Shown here: positions 9,719 to 21,697 of the stretch, one piece after another
Numbering within the stretch: the first letter of the stretch is position 1
How the letters are laid out: each line of letters starts with the position of its first letter
Position numbers and translations under genes: made by a program
NCBI GenBank assembly: GCA_937625935.1
Contig: OW569348.1
Span: 186,001-250,000, forward strand
Length of the DNA: 64,000 nt
Source: Tetramitus jugosus
Lineage: Eukaryota > Protista > Heterolobosea
Direction of reading: 5' to 3'
The notes under the pieces: generated by a model
Seen by the model: the letters and a program-made list of their open reading frames with translations, nothing else
The model's database searches: none
What the model was told of the DNA's origin: nothing

Positions 9719-12698
9719 ATGACAGAAGACCAACAACCAATAGACGAAACAAAGTACAGCAAAATTGCTTGTATACAGTGTCGAAGAGGTGAGTCTCTTT
9801 TTTTGATGGACAGCAACTCTCTCTAGAAAATTGTTGTCTCTCGCGATTTTTTGTATCGTGCGCTTTTTGTGTGAAATGAGCGAATACTAACCATTTTGTC
9901 TCCTTGTTGATATCATGTCACGCACAGGTCACAGAAAATGCGATAAGCTTCTCACTGGATGTACCTACTGTAAAAAGACTGGTAAAGTGTGCAGTTATAG
10001 AGAAGCAAGAAAGAGAGGACCAGTCGCCAAGGACCAAACCATGTTTGATGACATGGATGATCCAATCAATGGAGACACCAACATGGAGATGGAGATGAGT
10101 TCTTCCCCCACGCATCACCACCAACATTATCATCAACATCAACAACAGCAACAAAAATCACCCTCTCCGCTCTCACAATCACCATCCTTTTCACCTTTTG
10201 GAGAACCTGATTTATTTGGTGATGCAATAGACCTTGTAAATAATAATATTAATAACAATTATCATCATTTATCATCACCATCATCACTCTCTCCCACTGT
10301 GTCCTCCTCCTCTTCATCTCCTCTTTCAATCTCTCCAAAGACATCAACAACAATGGATGCTGTTCACAACCTACAACAGCAGTTGCACCACCACCAACAA
10401 CAACAACAGCAAGCAAACAACAATGACAATGCAGCCAGCACCTTCCAACAAATTCAACAATTGCAACAACAATTGTTACAACAGCATCAATTGTCGCAAA
10501 CTCAACAACAACAGCAACAGCAACAACAGTATGCCAATTTGAGTAATTTGATCTATAATGGAAGTATGAGCATTAACAATGATTTTAAGAGTCAAAACAA
10601 TAACAATAACAACAATAGTCACATGACCAATTATTTCAATGGCAGTATAGGCATCAACAATAGCAGCATCACTGGCAACAGTAACAAGAAGAGAAAGATT
10701 GATGATGTTTTGTCTTCGTTTAACTTTGATGGAAATGATAGTACGTTTTATGACACTAATTTGGCACAGCTGAACACTGGTAACAATGTTGATCAGAATA
10801 TTCAAATTCTCAATCAATTCTATCAACAGTTGAATCAACAAAACAGTAGTAGTAGTAGTGGTAGTACTAGTACGAGTAACATTAATAGTATGATGCATGG
10901 TGGTATGAGTAACACGAGTAACAACACATATGGTCCTTCATCATCATCCACCTATCCATTCCCATCAAACAACAATGCTACGAATGGCAATTCAAGTGTC
11001 ATGAACCAATATTCGTCACTGTCTGGTGTGAATTCAATGGCCCTTGCAGCAGTGCAGAATAATCCTCAGCTCCAACAACAACTTCAGCAACAATTGCAGC
11101 AACTTCAACAACAACAACAATTGCAGCAGCATCAACAACAACAATCACAACAATTACAACAATACAACAGACAAACACCATCTCCCACACTGAGTTCTAG
11201 CCTTAGTTCACTGAGTAGTGGCAGTTTAGACAGTCACAATCCAATGGATTTTGTGTCTTCACCCTCTCGTCACTCCTCGGACTTTTTCACTAATCCTCTG
11301 GCCAATCAACCTTACGGTTCTGCATTCAGTCCCACGAACATTCAATTCAACTCTCGAATCAATAACTTAACAGAGTTGATGGCCAATCGGACGAATATGG
11401 GCAATATTATGAAAACGTACTTTGAAGTGTTCAGTATGGGTCATCCATTGATTGACTGTAAACAGAGTTTGGAACTAGTGAATCAAATGACTGCATTCAA
11501 CCACTTTGGACAAGTGATTGAAAATCTAGGAAAGAAGAGCATTACTCTACTCTTTTTGAGTATCCAAACGTTTTGTTTGCAGCGGTTGGGTCACAAGGAC
11601 ATTGCCTACCAATTGTACAATCAATGTTTACAATTGTTGGCACAACAAATGTTGGTACCACCGGGTACAACTGATTTGGATCGTGAAGGCAATTTGGCAT
11701 GTGCTCTGCTCACTCTTGCCTTTTATTTGGTTGGAGAGGGAGGTGACAACAGAACACAAGCCAAACTATTCTTGCACAATTGTAAATTCTACGTGTCAAA
11801 TATTACGAAGAAGAGCAATGGAGAGTCAGAGCTTCCGATTTCGTATTGCGGTGGTAAGGTTTCACGAATGTGTGCCATTCACAAGTATATGAGTCTGATT
11901 GAATTGGTTTTGAATGAGGATGACTTGAACAGTTCGATCGAAGTGGTCAAACAGTTTGTGTCCTACTTTGATCGGGTGTGTGGCCAAGACAATGTAAATA
12001 ATAGTAGTCCATTTTCCACTCTACCGAATGCACCAGCAGATCCTCTGGTCAATGAACGAGAAACTGTGGAGTACTTGACCAAGACCAGTTCTGTCCTGGA
12101 AGAGGTGATGACCAAGAAGAAGAGTTGCAGTCCAAAGATGCATGATATTGTCAAGTTAACGTTTAAATTGATGTTCGATGGATTAAGACTGCAGTTCTTG
12201 ATGACGGATCCAGTCAAAAATCAAGACGAGATGGAAAAATTGGCTGATCAAATCACGGAGCTAGTTGATGTTAACAGTGAAGCGTTTGCGTCCTGTCCGA
12301 CTCTGGTTGTTCATGCTGTGTCTCTAGCGGGAAGAGTTCACATGAGAATTGAAGATGCACAATCACCAAACATTAAGCACAAGGTACAAAGAGATTTGAA
12401 TGCTCTGCGGCTGCTTGAGAAACAGTTCAATATTGTTGCTCTTGAACATGGTGACCAAATGAAGGAAATGGAACAGTGGCTCAGTCAACAACAAGATCGA
12501 CTCCCAACAACATCCACCCTGAACCATGCCTCGTTGTTTGAAGATTTCTTGGCTAGTGTTGATTCCGGTGATATATTTGATGCTGGATTCATGAGCCCTC
12601 ATATTATAGATGCTGAAACGGCACGGCCGCCTTCACCAGAGGATTCTGATCGCTTGTTTGAAATGCTCCTGGCAAATGATGTAGCCACGATGGATTGA
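9719..12698 (+). CDS. Zn(II)2Cys6 binuclear-cluster transcription factor, join(9719..9788,9928..12698), 946 aa
   Basis: Splicing the GTGAGT...TACTAAC...CAG intron 9789-9927 gives CIQCRRGHRKCDKLLTGCTYCKKTGKVC; Q/N/S-rich middle; YFEVFSMGHPLID motif. Confidence 0.92.
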
Positions 12699-12762
12699 TA
12701 ATTATTTATAAAGGACAATATGTTTATATGTTTCTGACACGAATTGTCATCAACTCTCATGT

Positions 12763-13104
12763 TTAGCTGCTGTACCAGTCAGCCACACCAGAGTAGTGCA
12801 AAATATTGTCATAGCCCAATCCTTGCAAGGTTTCTCCTGCGTTTTGTGCTCTCATACCCATCTTACAGTACACCAAAATTGTCTTGCTCTTATCTGGCTT
12901 CTCAAAGTGATACGTGTCCTTGAATTGAGCGTCTGGAAGACTGAATGCGTTGGCAACTTCGGCCACAGGAACGTTAACAGCATTTGGAAGAGGTTTCAAC
13001 TCCTTCAACTCATCTCTTCCTCTCACATCTAAAACAACGAGATCTTGCTTGTTCTCATCGATCAAATCTTGAACTTGGTTCTTGCTTAACTTGGTAATGG
13101 TCAT
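12763..13104 (-). CDS. Single-domain rhodanese/sulfurtransferase
   Basis: LDVRG, AVNVP, YCKMGMRA active-site loop, YSGVADW. Confidence 0.93.
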   Translation of the reverse strand: MTITKLSKNQVQDLIDENKQDLVVLDVRGRDELKELKPLPNAVNVPVAEVANAFSLPDAQFKDTYHFEKPDKSKTILVYCKMGMRAQNAGETLQGLGYDNILHYSGVADWYSS

Positions 13105-13236
13105 TCTTAGTGATTGGCTTGCTTTCTCTTTGTTTCAGTGGTGTTGTTTTCTGTGCGAGAGATCTATCTCAAAATAGAGCGAACAGAACTTTGATCTTCA
13201 ATCAAAGCAAATGTAAAACAAAAAGTTCTTCAAGTG

Positions 13237-14280
13237 ATGCAATTTGTAAGCCGAGGTGGTTGGTCAAAGTCAGCCGCATCTCATCCCTTTGCTCTTTGTA
13301 CATACAACATTCTGGCACGAGACTTGTGTTCCCGATTATGGTTCCCTCGCTCAGAGGAAAGGTACTTGAACTGGGAGTATCGAAGACAGCGATTCGAGCA
13401 AGAATTTTCATCACAGTTGAATGCCGACATCATTTGTATCCAGGAGATGCAAGAATGCTTGTTTCGTGATTGGCTCTCACCCTTCCTGAGCAACCAGGGC
13501 TACGACAGTATCATGCTGCGCAAGGAGAGAGAGAATATTGGCAAGACACCGAATGAGAATACTCAGGTGTTGGACGATGGATGTGCCATGTTCTTTCGAA
13601 AAAACAGGTTTGAAATGATTGATCAGGAGCATGTGGACTACACGGTTCATGCACGACAAAACTTGAATCGATTTCATCCTGATGCGAGGAGACTGATTGA
13701 TCGACCTGTGCACAATATTGGCCTGTGTGCCCGAATGAAAGACTTGGAGAATCAAAGGACTTTTTGGGTTTCGACGACACACATTTACTGGAATAATGAA
13801 CAGATGGATATTCAACTGTTTCAGGTGCAGACACTGATGCAACATTTGAAGAGATATGCTGGCAATGAACCGGTTATCTTGTGTGGTGATTTTAATAGCG
13901 GTATCACAACTGCTGTATACGAGTTCATGAGACGCGGAATGGTTGAAATGTACTTGGATCATGTCAAGGACTCTCTCTTGTTTTCCAATTTGCTCGATGA
14001 AGATGACGAGGTATTTATGAATCCTTTCGCATCTGAGCTCGATATGGCCTATGACGTAGAAACCTTTAAACTACCTTATTCTTGCCACCATGGTGACTGG
14101 GGAGACGTCATTGATCACATTGCCTATTCGCGCACTGCATTTCGAGTGACCAAATTGTTGAATCCTGTGACTCAAGCAGACATGGAAAGAGAGAACAAGG
14201 CTCTTCCGAATGATATTCATCCCTCGGATCACTTGCCTCTCATGGCCGAATTCGAATGGCTACCACCACCCGAACAATAA
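13237..14280 (+). CDS. EEP-family nuclease/phosphatase of the CCR4/nocturnin/Angel group
   Basis: TYNILA, DIICIQE, TTHIYW, CGDFNS, IDHI, PSDHLPL. Confidence 0.92.
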   Translation: MQFVSRGGWSKSAASHPFALCTYNILARDLCSRLWFPRSEERYLNWEYRRQRFEQEFSSQLNADIICIQEMQECLFRDWLSPFLSNQGYDSIMLRKERENIGKTPNENTQVLDDGCAMFFRKNRFEMIDQEHVDYTVHARQNLNRFHPDARRLIDRPVHNIGLCARMKDLENQRTFWVSTTHIYWNNEQMDIQLFQVQTLMQHLKRYAGNEPVILCGDFNSGITTAVYEFMRRGMVEMYLDHVKDSLLFSNLLDEDDEVFMNPFASELDMAYDVETFKLPYSCHHGDWGDVIDHIAYSRTAFRVTKLLNPVTQADMERENKALPNDIHPSDHLPLMAEFEWLPPPEQ

Positions 14281-14420
14281 ATGACCACTCGAACAGCCAG
14301 CATTCCAACAACAAAGCTTCCAATCAAAAAATAAACCTGGCATTTTGAACAAAAGCAACAAACAACAACAACACCAAAATCGCTCATTGACAAAACGTTT
14401 TGATCCACACACAACACAAC

Positions 14421-15566
14421 ATGTCGACACAACCATCGCCCAGAAACTTTAGAACATTTTACTATGCTCAACTGGGTTTTCAAGGTGTCAACATGAAGGC
14501 GATAGAGGCATTGTTGGAGGAGCCTGTGATTGATCTGACTCGCCTCAAGGAATTCTGTCTCAAATGTCACTTGACCAATCAATTACGATGCACCATTTAC
14601 AAGGTACTGATCGGAGTATTGCCAACATCGAGAAAATCGTGGAAGTTTGTAATGATGCAGCTGCGAGAGCAATTTGAGGATATTTATGGTACGATGCTTG
14701 TGATACAACCGGATTTGTTTCATAGAACGTTGTCTACGGCGTCAATGAACGATTCAGATTGTTTGTCGAGTGATACGTTGAGCAATACGAGCACTACTTC
14801 GACGACGAGTGCTGCTACGATCACTGGAAGCTCGAGTGTAGCTTCAGGTTCGTCAAATTCGTTGAATAGAAGTATATTGTCGACTCCGGCAGCGATTGAA
14901 GAACATTCAGAGCGGATATTTGCACTGTACAAGGTGTATCGCTTGTTGTTGACTGATATTCGAGAGCGACCAAAGATTGAGAAGGAACATTTGGCGATTT
15001 TGAGTGGCGACGAGGAGAGACATCACATCTTACAGATTATCAAGCTGATTAGTCAAACGTGTGATGTACAGAAGCCACCTGATAGACAGCATTCTTCGTC
15101 CGATTCCATTCGATTAATGTCCGATACGTATTGGTGCTTTTCTCAGCTCATGGAAAAGTATTTTGGTGCCAACTATACGCACTGGGGAGACATTGTATAT
15201 TATTTGACTCGTGATTTATTGAAATTTATAGAGGGTTGTGATCCGCAATTGTATGCAATAGTAACAAATGAGGAAACGGGGCACAAAATGCAAAAAGTGT
15301 TTGCAGGTTGGTTCGCAAGTCTCTTTAGCAGTTATTTGACACCTCATAAGCTTATGCGGCTCTGGGATTGTATTCTCCTGTTTCCCATCGAATTTCTGTC
15401 TCATATTGCCCAGGCATACATTAAGCGCATTTCTGCCAAACTTCAAGCCGACAATAGTGCAAAGCGAAGCTTGTCCCAACAACTTTTCTACCTGCAGATT
15501 GAAGAATACGAGATCGAATTCATCATACAATGGGCCTTGTCCGAGATGAACAACAAGAAAACCTAA
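14421..15566 (+). CDS. TBC1D7: TBC1 domain family member 7 (TSC complex subunit)
   Basis: N-terminal RNFRTFYYAQLGFQGV...IDLTRLKEFC...YKVLIGVLP matches TBC1D7 start; RLWD motif of TBC fold. Confidence 0.82.
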   Translation: MSTQPSPRNFRTFYYAQLGFQGVNMKAIEALLEEPVIDLTRLKEFCLKCHLTNQLRCTIYKVLIGVLPTSRKSWKFVMMQLREQFEDIYGTMLVIQPDLFHRTLSTASMNDSDCLSSDTLSNTSTTSTTSAATITGSSSVASGSSNSLNRSILSTPAAIEEHSERIFALYKVYRLLLTDIRERPKIEKEHLAILSGDEERHHILQIIKLISQTCDVQKPPDRQHSSSDSIRLMSDTYWCFSQLMEKYFGANYTHWGDIVYYLTRDLLKFIEGCDPQLYAIVTNEETGHKMQKVFAGWFASLFSSYLTPHKLMRLWDCILLFPIEFLSHIAQAYIKRISAKLQADNSAKRSLSQQLFYLQIEEYEIEFIIQWALSEMNNKKT

Positions 15567-15730
15567 GTAGAGGGGTCGCGGTAATTTATCTGGGCAGTAA
15601 CAATTCGGAGAATATTTGACACATGTCAGAAAACCGTTCACCTGTCCGAACGGCAATAACCCACACAAGCGTCACACGAACAACAAACAAAACCCCACAA
15701 ACAAACACAGAACACACATTAACCACTACC

Positions 15731-18700
15731 ATGCAACAGGAATTGTACGATATCATTGATCAGATTGGTCTACTCGCAAACAACATCTCACAAAACAAGG
15801 TACCTCACTAATTACACAAACAACAACAAAATGACAATGTTGTTCCCTCCAGTGACTAAACAACTCAACAAAAATCAACAACTCTATTTATTTTTGACAT
15901 GTGTATATATTATAGGTGTTTTCCAATCTGTTCGTCGAGCATGTTCTGCACGCCTTTCAACAACTTCACACGGCTCACTTGAAGTTGCATCCGGATGCAA
16001 AGTATGAAGAAGTCATTTTACAATCCGCTCGGTTACTGCTCGATATTCTAAAAGGCGATCCAAACAATGAAAGATCAAAAGACAAGCAAAACGAGTACTT
16101 GTTTGAGAGAGAAACAGCACATACTGTGGATTTAATTGTGAATCAGATTAAGATTTTGAATGATGCGACGCCAAAGCAAGTGGTACGACATCCGAGACTC
16201 AAGTTTGACAGTCGATCCGGTATTATGAGTGCAGCGGAGACGTGTGGTCCAAAGGCATCACCAGTGTTTCACTTGTTGAACGATCCTGATTTGATCTTGT
16301 TGGAGGAGGCTGCTGATAAGAAGGCGTCGGAGACCAAGGCAGAGAAACCAAAGTATATTACACTGCCCAATGAGAGAAGAAGACTGATGGCAATGGGTAT
16401 TCAACAAATGGATGAAGTGCCTGCCTCTGTCAATGCCCAAGTCAAGGTCATGATCGTCTCAGGTTCCGTCGGTGTAGGAAAGGTAACTAACTACTGCCAT
16501 ATATTTCATATTTTGTTTCTCATTATATAGATATATATATGAATGATAATCACACTATTTTTTTTTCATCATCAGAGTTACTTCTCGTTGCACCTGGCCA
16601 GAACCATTGAAGAAAAGTTCAGGGGCGATCAGAGTTTCCAAAAGTTTCATTTGCGATTGCGATGCAACTCCGAGTTTCCCATGACGTCACTCGAGGCCAA
16701 GCAAGATGTCATTAAGCTGTGGCACGTTGGTTCATTGCCTGTCAAGGACAAGAAGGAAGTAGACGAGTTGTACAACAAGACATTCTATGGTAAGACTAGT
16801 GTTATTTTGTTGGAAGATGCCAGTTCGCTCAGACAAATCATTGATTTGATTCCCAATGTGCGACAATCCGTGAGAAGTCAAGTGTATATCATTGTAGAGA
16901 CAAGATCGACATCTCTTTCGTCGTCTCAAACCAATCTGGACAAGATTCAAAAGTATACGACAGGTCAAGTCGATTTCTTGGACTCGACCGGTATTGTGAA
17001 CAAGAAGGCTGAATCGTTGGACGCAACCAAGAAGGATGACCTGTCTGATCATGACTCTGATTTTGAGGATTCTGATGAGGAGGACGACGAGTTGGATATC
17101 GAGTCTGACGACGGTCATCGCACTGAAGAACAAAAGGCAATTCAGGAGCAAATGATGAAAATGTTTGGTAAGAAGAAGAGAAGAGTGGTGCCTGTGACGC
17201 TGATCGAAGACAAGGAGGATCAAGAAATGGATGACGATGAGGCAATTCGATCCATGTTTGACAGAATGAAACACTTTTATGTTTTGTTTATGAACCTTGG
17301 AAAGTTAACACTGGAGGGAAGCACAGAGCTCGTCATGATGGGTAACGATCGTGCTAAGGCAGAATCAATCAGAACCTTGGGTGTCCTATTGGACAACGTG
17401 CCCATCTTCCTAAAGATTGTCGGTCGTACGCACTTCTTGTACTGCTCGGGCAACACTGGATCAGACAACATTTCCACACAGGACATGGTCAAATATATTT
17501 CTACACAAGTGGATGAGGTGGCAAAGAAGTCAAACTACTCCAGGATTAGACAATTGTGTCACGGTTCCTTTATTGGATGCTTCAGGAAGTGGCCTGAACA
17601 CATTCAACAATTTGTTTTCATGCTCACACTGTGGCCTAATGCATTTGATCCAATTAGTTGTGCTTTGGTAACAGAAATTCCTCTTTCAAAGGTATTGGTG
17701 TACTTGTTTGAATTGATGCAGATTGGTATCTTGTATGCTGTTGAACCATTGAGATATGCATTGCATGATTTGGCCAGAGAAACCTACTCTGCACACTTGT
17801 ATGAAGTCGAGAGCTTGTCTATGGCTCAATCTGTCGAAGATGGAAAGAGTCGCTATTTGCAACACTACTACAACATGATGTCAAGACTGAACATGGAACA
17901 TCAATACTCTGGTATTGAGTTCATGCCTGGCACAGAACGTTACGACATTGAACTGGAAAATATGAAGAGTGTTCTCAATTTTATGCAAGCTGAGGAAACA
18001 GATCACATTGAAGCAATTAACAAAGCTAGATATCTTCTACGTCATAGAGTGTTCGCTCTTCACAGAGGTATGCTGTATCAACACTTGAGTCAATATATTG
18101 ATGACTGTGAGAATCCTTTTGTGAAGGCCGAGTTCTTGGAGGGATTTGCATACGTGTACTTTGACTTGACTGATTATGCGAAAGCACTATCGATGGCTTC
18201 AAGAGCGCTCTCCATCAAAGAAGATGCTGTCATTATTAGTGAGGAGCCAATTCGAGAATTGGAGTTGTTAACAGTGTTGCAACTTTTGAGTGATATCTAC
18301 CTCGAAATTCAACAGTTCGCCAAGGCAAAGGAGTGTCTCGAACGTATGGTTCTCATTGCTGAACGACACGCATTCGAGTGGCAAAAGGTGAAAGTTGATG
18401 TTCAGACTGAAGGATTCGAAGATGAGACTGTTATTATTATTGATCCATTCCTTGGCTATGCACAAAAAGCATTGGCTATGATTGGTTTAACCAATGGTGA
18501 TATCAAGGGAGGAAGAAGATACTTCGAGAGAGGTATTGGTGTCATGAGATGTGTACTTTGCCCAACCCATCCTGAGCTCTCTCAATCTTATGCCAACTAT
18601 GCATCTACACTTGTGAAATTCAAGGCAAAGCAATTCTTTGATGAAATTTGTAGATTGATGGACCAGGCTGTTGCAATTGATTCTGCCTTGTTCGGCGAGA

Positions 18701-19947
18701 AGAGTGTGATTGTTGGTGATCGTTTGAATGAGTATGGTGTTGCTCTACTTCACATGTCAAAGTATGCTCAGGCTGAGGATTGCTTCCGAAAATCTCTCAT
18801 TATTCGTCAGAAGAATTTCGGAACCAAGGACATGATCGTTGCTGCTACGACAAACAACTTGGCTGTGGCTTGCAAGAACGTGGGTAAGTTGGACGAGTCT
18901 GAGAAGCTGTACAGGAGAGCGTTGGATACGACTTTTGAAATTCTTGGTGAGAAAGATCCACTCGTTTCGATTGCAAGAGCCAATTTGGCTCAAACGCTGA
19001 GTTCCCTTGGACGTCCCGATGAAGCAAGAGAATTATTCCAACAATCAATCAATGACCTCTCCAAAGACTCAGTCAGTGCTGAAGATGCCGGCAAGATGGC
19101 GGTCATGCTTCAACAAATGGGTGACAATTCCCGTAAGCAGGAGAAATACGAAGAAGCCCTTCAATATTTTGAACAAGCTCTCAACATTCGCAAGCAGCTC
19201 TGCAAGGATCCAACCAACGATCCAGACAGTGCCAAAATTTCAAGCTCTATTGCTCAAGTGTTCTACGATCAAGGTAAGTATGAGGAGTGTGAATCATTGA
19301 TTGATCAATGCTTGGCACCATTGGAGAAAGCATATGGTAAGAAGCATCCAACATACAATGCTGCTCTGACCTCTATGGGTAATTCAAAGTTCAAACGAGG
19401 CAAATTCGTGGATGCCGAAGAGATCTTTGTTGCTTGTTTACAACTGAAGAGAGAAGCCGGTGAAACTCCATTCCAATTGATCAACACACAACATGCCCTA
19501 GCTATCGTGTACGAAGCTACAAAGCAGTACGATAAAGCAATTGAAGCATATAGAGAGATGTTGAAGGCTGTTGAATCTGTGAAGCCAGTGGATGTCGAAA
19601 AGCAAAAGGCTTTCTTAAGGTCAATTGCTACCGATCTGACGAAGAAGGGTCAATTCAAGGAAGCTCTCAACTACTATGGAAAGATTGAAACCATTATTAT
19701 TGATGAATCTTCGGATGAAAGTTTAGATTATGGTGATCTCGTTTACAACATGGGTGCCTGTCAGCTGTCGTATGAGGCATTCGATGATGCTGAGAGATCC
19801 TTCGCCAAAGCTTATCAGATTTTCTGTGATAAGTTGGGCGACTCTCATGAAAGAACATTGGAAGCCGCTGATATGTTAGCAGAAATTAGAAGAATTATTT
19901 ACGAAAGAGATAATGCCAAGTGCTGCAAGTGTTGCAATGTCATGTAA
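15731..19947 (+). CDS. STAND/NB-ARC-like P-loop NTPase with C-terminal TPR array and CaaX tail; join(15731..15799,15916..16482,16576..19947), 1335 aa
   Basis: Two phase-0 GT-AG introns; splicing completes Walker A GSVGVGK|S; Walker B VILLED; LHDL motif; kinesin-light-chain-type TPRs; ends CCKCCNVM. Confidence 0.85.
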
Positions 19948-19952
19948 TAAAA

Positions 19953-21410
19953 CTACCAATTTATGTCATCTGAAGTACTGTAATAGAATGGAATGAAAGA
20001 TATCTTTCCGTTGTCCCATGAGCAAGCCAGTAGGGAGCCCTTCTTGAAATTCGGCCAAAATTGAAGGTGATGTGCCTTCGAAGCTCCAGGAGGGGCATAA
20101 ACGAGAGATTTAAAGGAGACAGGCAACAGACTCGATTCAAACCGTGGAGACTTAAAATCACACATGAGCACTGCCAATTGGCTCACACCAGCGAATGAAA
20201 CCACGAGTCTTTGTCCTCCTGCATGATCCAAGGCAAATGATTCAATTGCTAATTTTTCCTCTTCAATGTTGAAAAAGTCTGGATGGTTCTTGAAATTGAT
20301 CTCATACAAGTACTCTCCTTCGATCTTTGGTCGTGGCTTATTGAAGCCAAGAATGTGCACTTTGTGATCACCATGCGTGCTTATCAATAGGAAACGACTG
20401 TCTGCAGACCAGCATGATGCTTGAACTGGCATCTCGAAGCTAGACCACTTTTCACTGGTCCATGTCTCAGTTTCCCACACCCGGAACACACCAGTGTAAG
20501 TGAACACTGCCAAGTATCGACCATTGGGTGAAAAAGACAGACTTCGAATGCCTCCATTGAACCTTGTCAAATACCAGTGAGACCACTCTTGTTCCTCTTC
20601 GTCAAATTCCCACACGGCAACTCTGTGATCGTTTGGTGAAGCGCTCACGAACCTTGCATTCTTATTCCTCTTGTTTTGTTGTTGTTGTTGTTGTTGTCGT
20701 GGGAACCATTCTAAACTAGTCACTGGTTCATTCGTTTGCAAAAACATGCAAACTCCTCGATTTTCCTCATTGACACCTTCGAAATCACTACTACCATTTA
20801 CAGCAGCAGCACTAGTAGTAGTCACATTCTCCTTCTTCTCCAACAATGATGAAACATTGATTTTTGGATTGATCAACGTCTGATCCAATTGCCACAACAA
20901 TATACCATTATGACAACCGACTAACAAGGTGGATGATCCTTCAGGATACGTCTTGTATCGTACGACTCTCACATTTGCTTGAAAATCATGTCTCAACACT
21001 TGTTTGCTCCAACTCTGTTCTCTCATGCGATAAAAATGAATGCTTGAATCTTGACGAGCGATCGCAAATGAAAATTGGGACGAGTGCCAATCAAATGCAC
21101 GAACACGAGCATTTTTCAAATCATTGTGCTCCATTTGTTGCATGCGATGAATGGCACGTGTCTTGCATGAGACAATGGATTGCAATGGAGGCAAAAAATA
21201 GGCCATTTGTTCAAGCAGTGTGGTGGTGGTGGTGGCTTCTTCTATAGTGATATCTTCTTCTATAGTGGTAGTCGTAGGCACTACAATGTTGGGATAGATG
21301 ACACCTTGTTTGCTCAGGTAGAGATCGATGGATGAGGTGTCGGTTGGAGAATAGGCGTGGATCATTTGACAACATACTTCACCAATGGTGCATGGTTTGA
21401 TCTGCGACAT
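19953..21410 (-). CDS. AAAS: Aladin WD40 nucleoporin
   Basis: RAFDWH, LLVGCHNGILLW, FRVWETETWTSEKW, GQRLVVSF, GSLLACSWDNGKISFIPFYY. Confidence 0.88.
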   Translation of the reverse strand: MSQIKPCTIGEVCCQMIHAYSPTDTSSIDLYLSKQGVIYPNIVVPTTTTIEEDITIEEATTTTTLLEQMAYFLPPLQSIVSCKTRAIHRMQQMEHNDLKNARVRAFDWHSSQFSFAIARQDSSIHFYRMREQSWSKQVLRHDFQANVRVVRYKTYPEGSSTLLVGCHNGILLWQLDQTLINPKINVSSLLEKKENVTTTSAAAVNGSSDFEGVNEENRGVCMFLQTNEPVTSLEWFPRQQQQQQQNKRNKNARFVSASPNDHRVAVWEFDEEEQEWSHWYLTRFNGGIRSLSFSPNGRYLAVFTYTGVFRVWETETWTSEKWSSFEMPVQASCWSADSRFLLISTHGDHKVHILGFNKPRPKIEGEYLYEINFKNHPDFFNIEEEKLAIESFALDHAGGQRLVVSFAGVSQLAVLMCDFKSPRFESSLLPVSFKSLVYAPPGASKAHHLQFWPNFKKGSLLACSWDNGKISFIPFYYSTSDDINW

Positions 21411-21477
21411 TTTTTCGTCTCTAGTTCTCTCAGTTGTTGTTTGATCAAGTTTCTGTTTGGCGTTCAAAAAGTGAAAA

Positions 21478-21596
21478 GCCTACATTACTGAGGGTTCTCG
21501 AGTAGTCTCCTATCTCAATACTAACTCAGCCAGATGGTGCTTAACTTCTCTATTCGAAATGGGAAGAGGTGGTTCCACCATTGTATGAACGTAGAC
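21478..21596 (-). rRNA. 5S ribosomal RNA gene (119 nt)
   Basis: Minus strand reads GTCTACGTTCATAC...GAAGTTAAGC...AGTTAGTA...GTAATGTAGGC then TTTT; helix I GUCUACGUU/AAUGUAGGC pairs fully; conserved CATAC, GAAGTTAAGC and TTAGTA motifs. Confidence 0.93.
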
Positions 21597-21697
21597 ATTG
21601 ATGTTGTTTTCTCACAATTTTTGACGCCGGAGGCCAGCCCTCGCTACACTAATCGTGCCATTGCGGTACTTTATTCATTCGCAATTGTTGCATTTCG

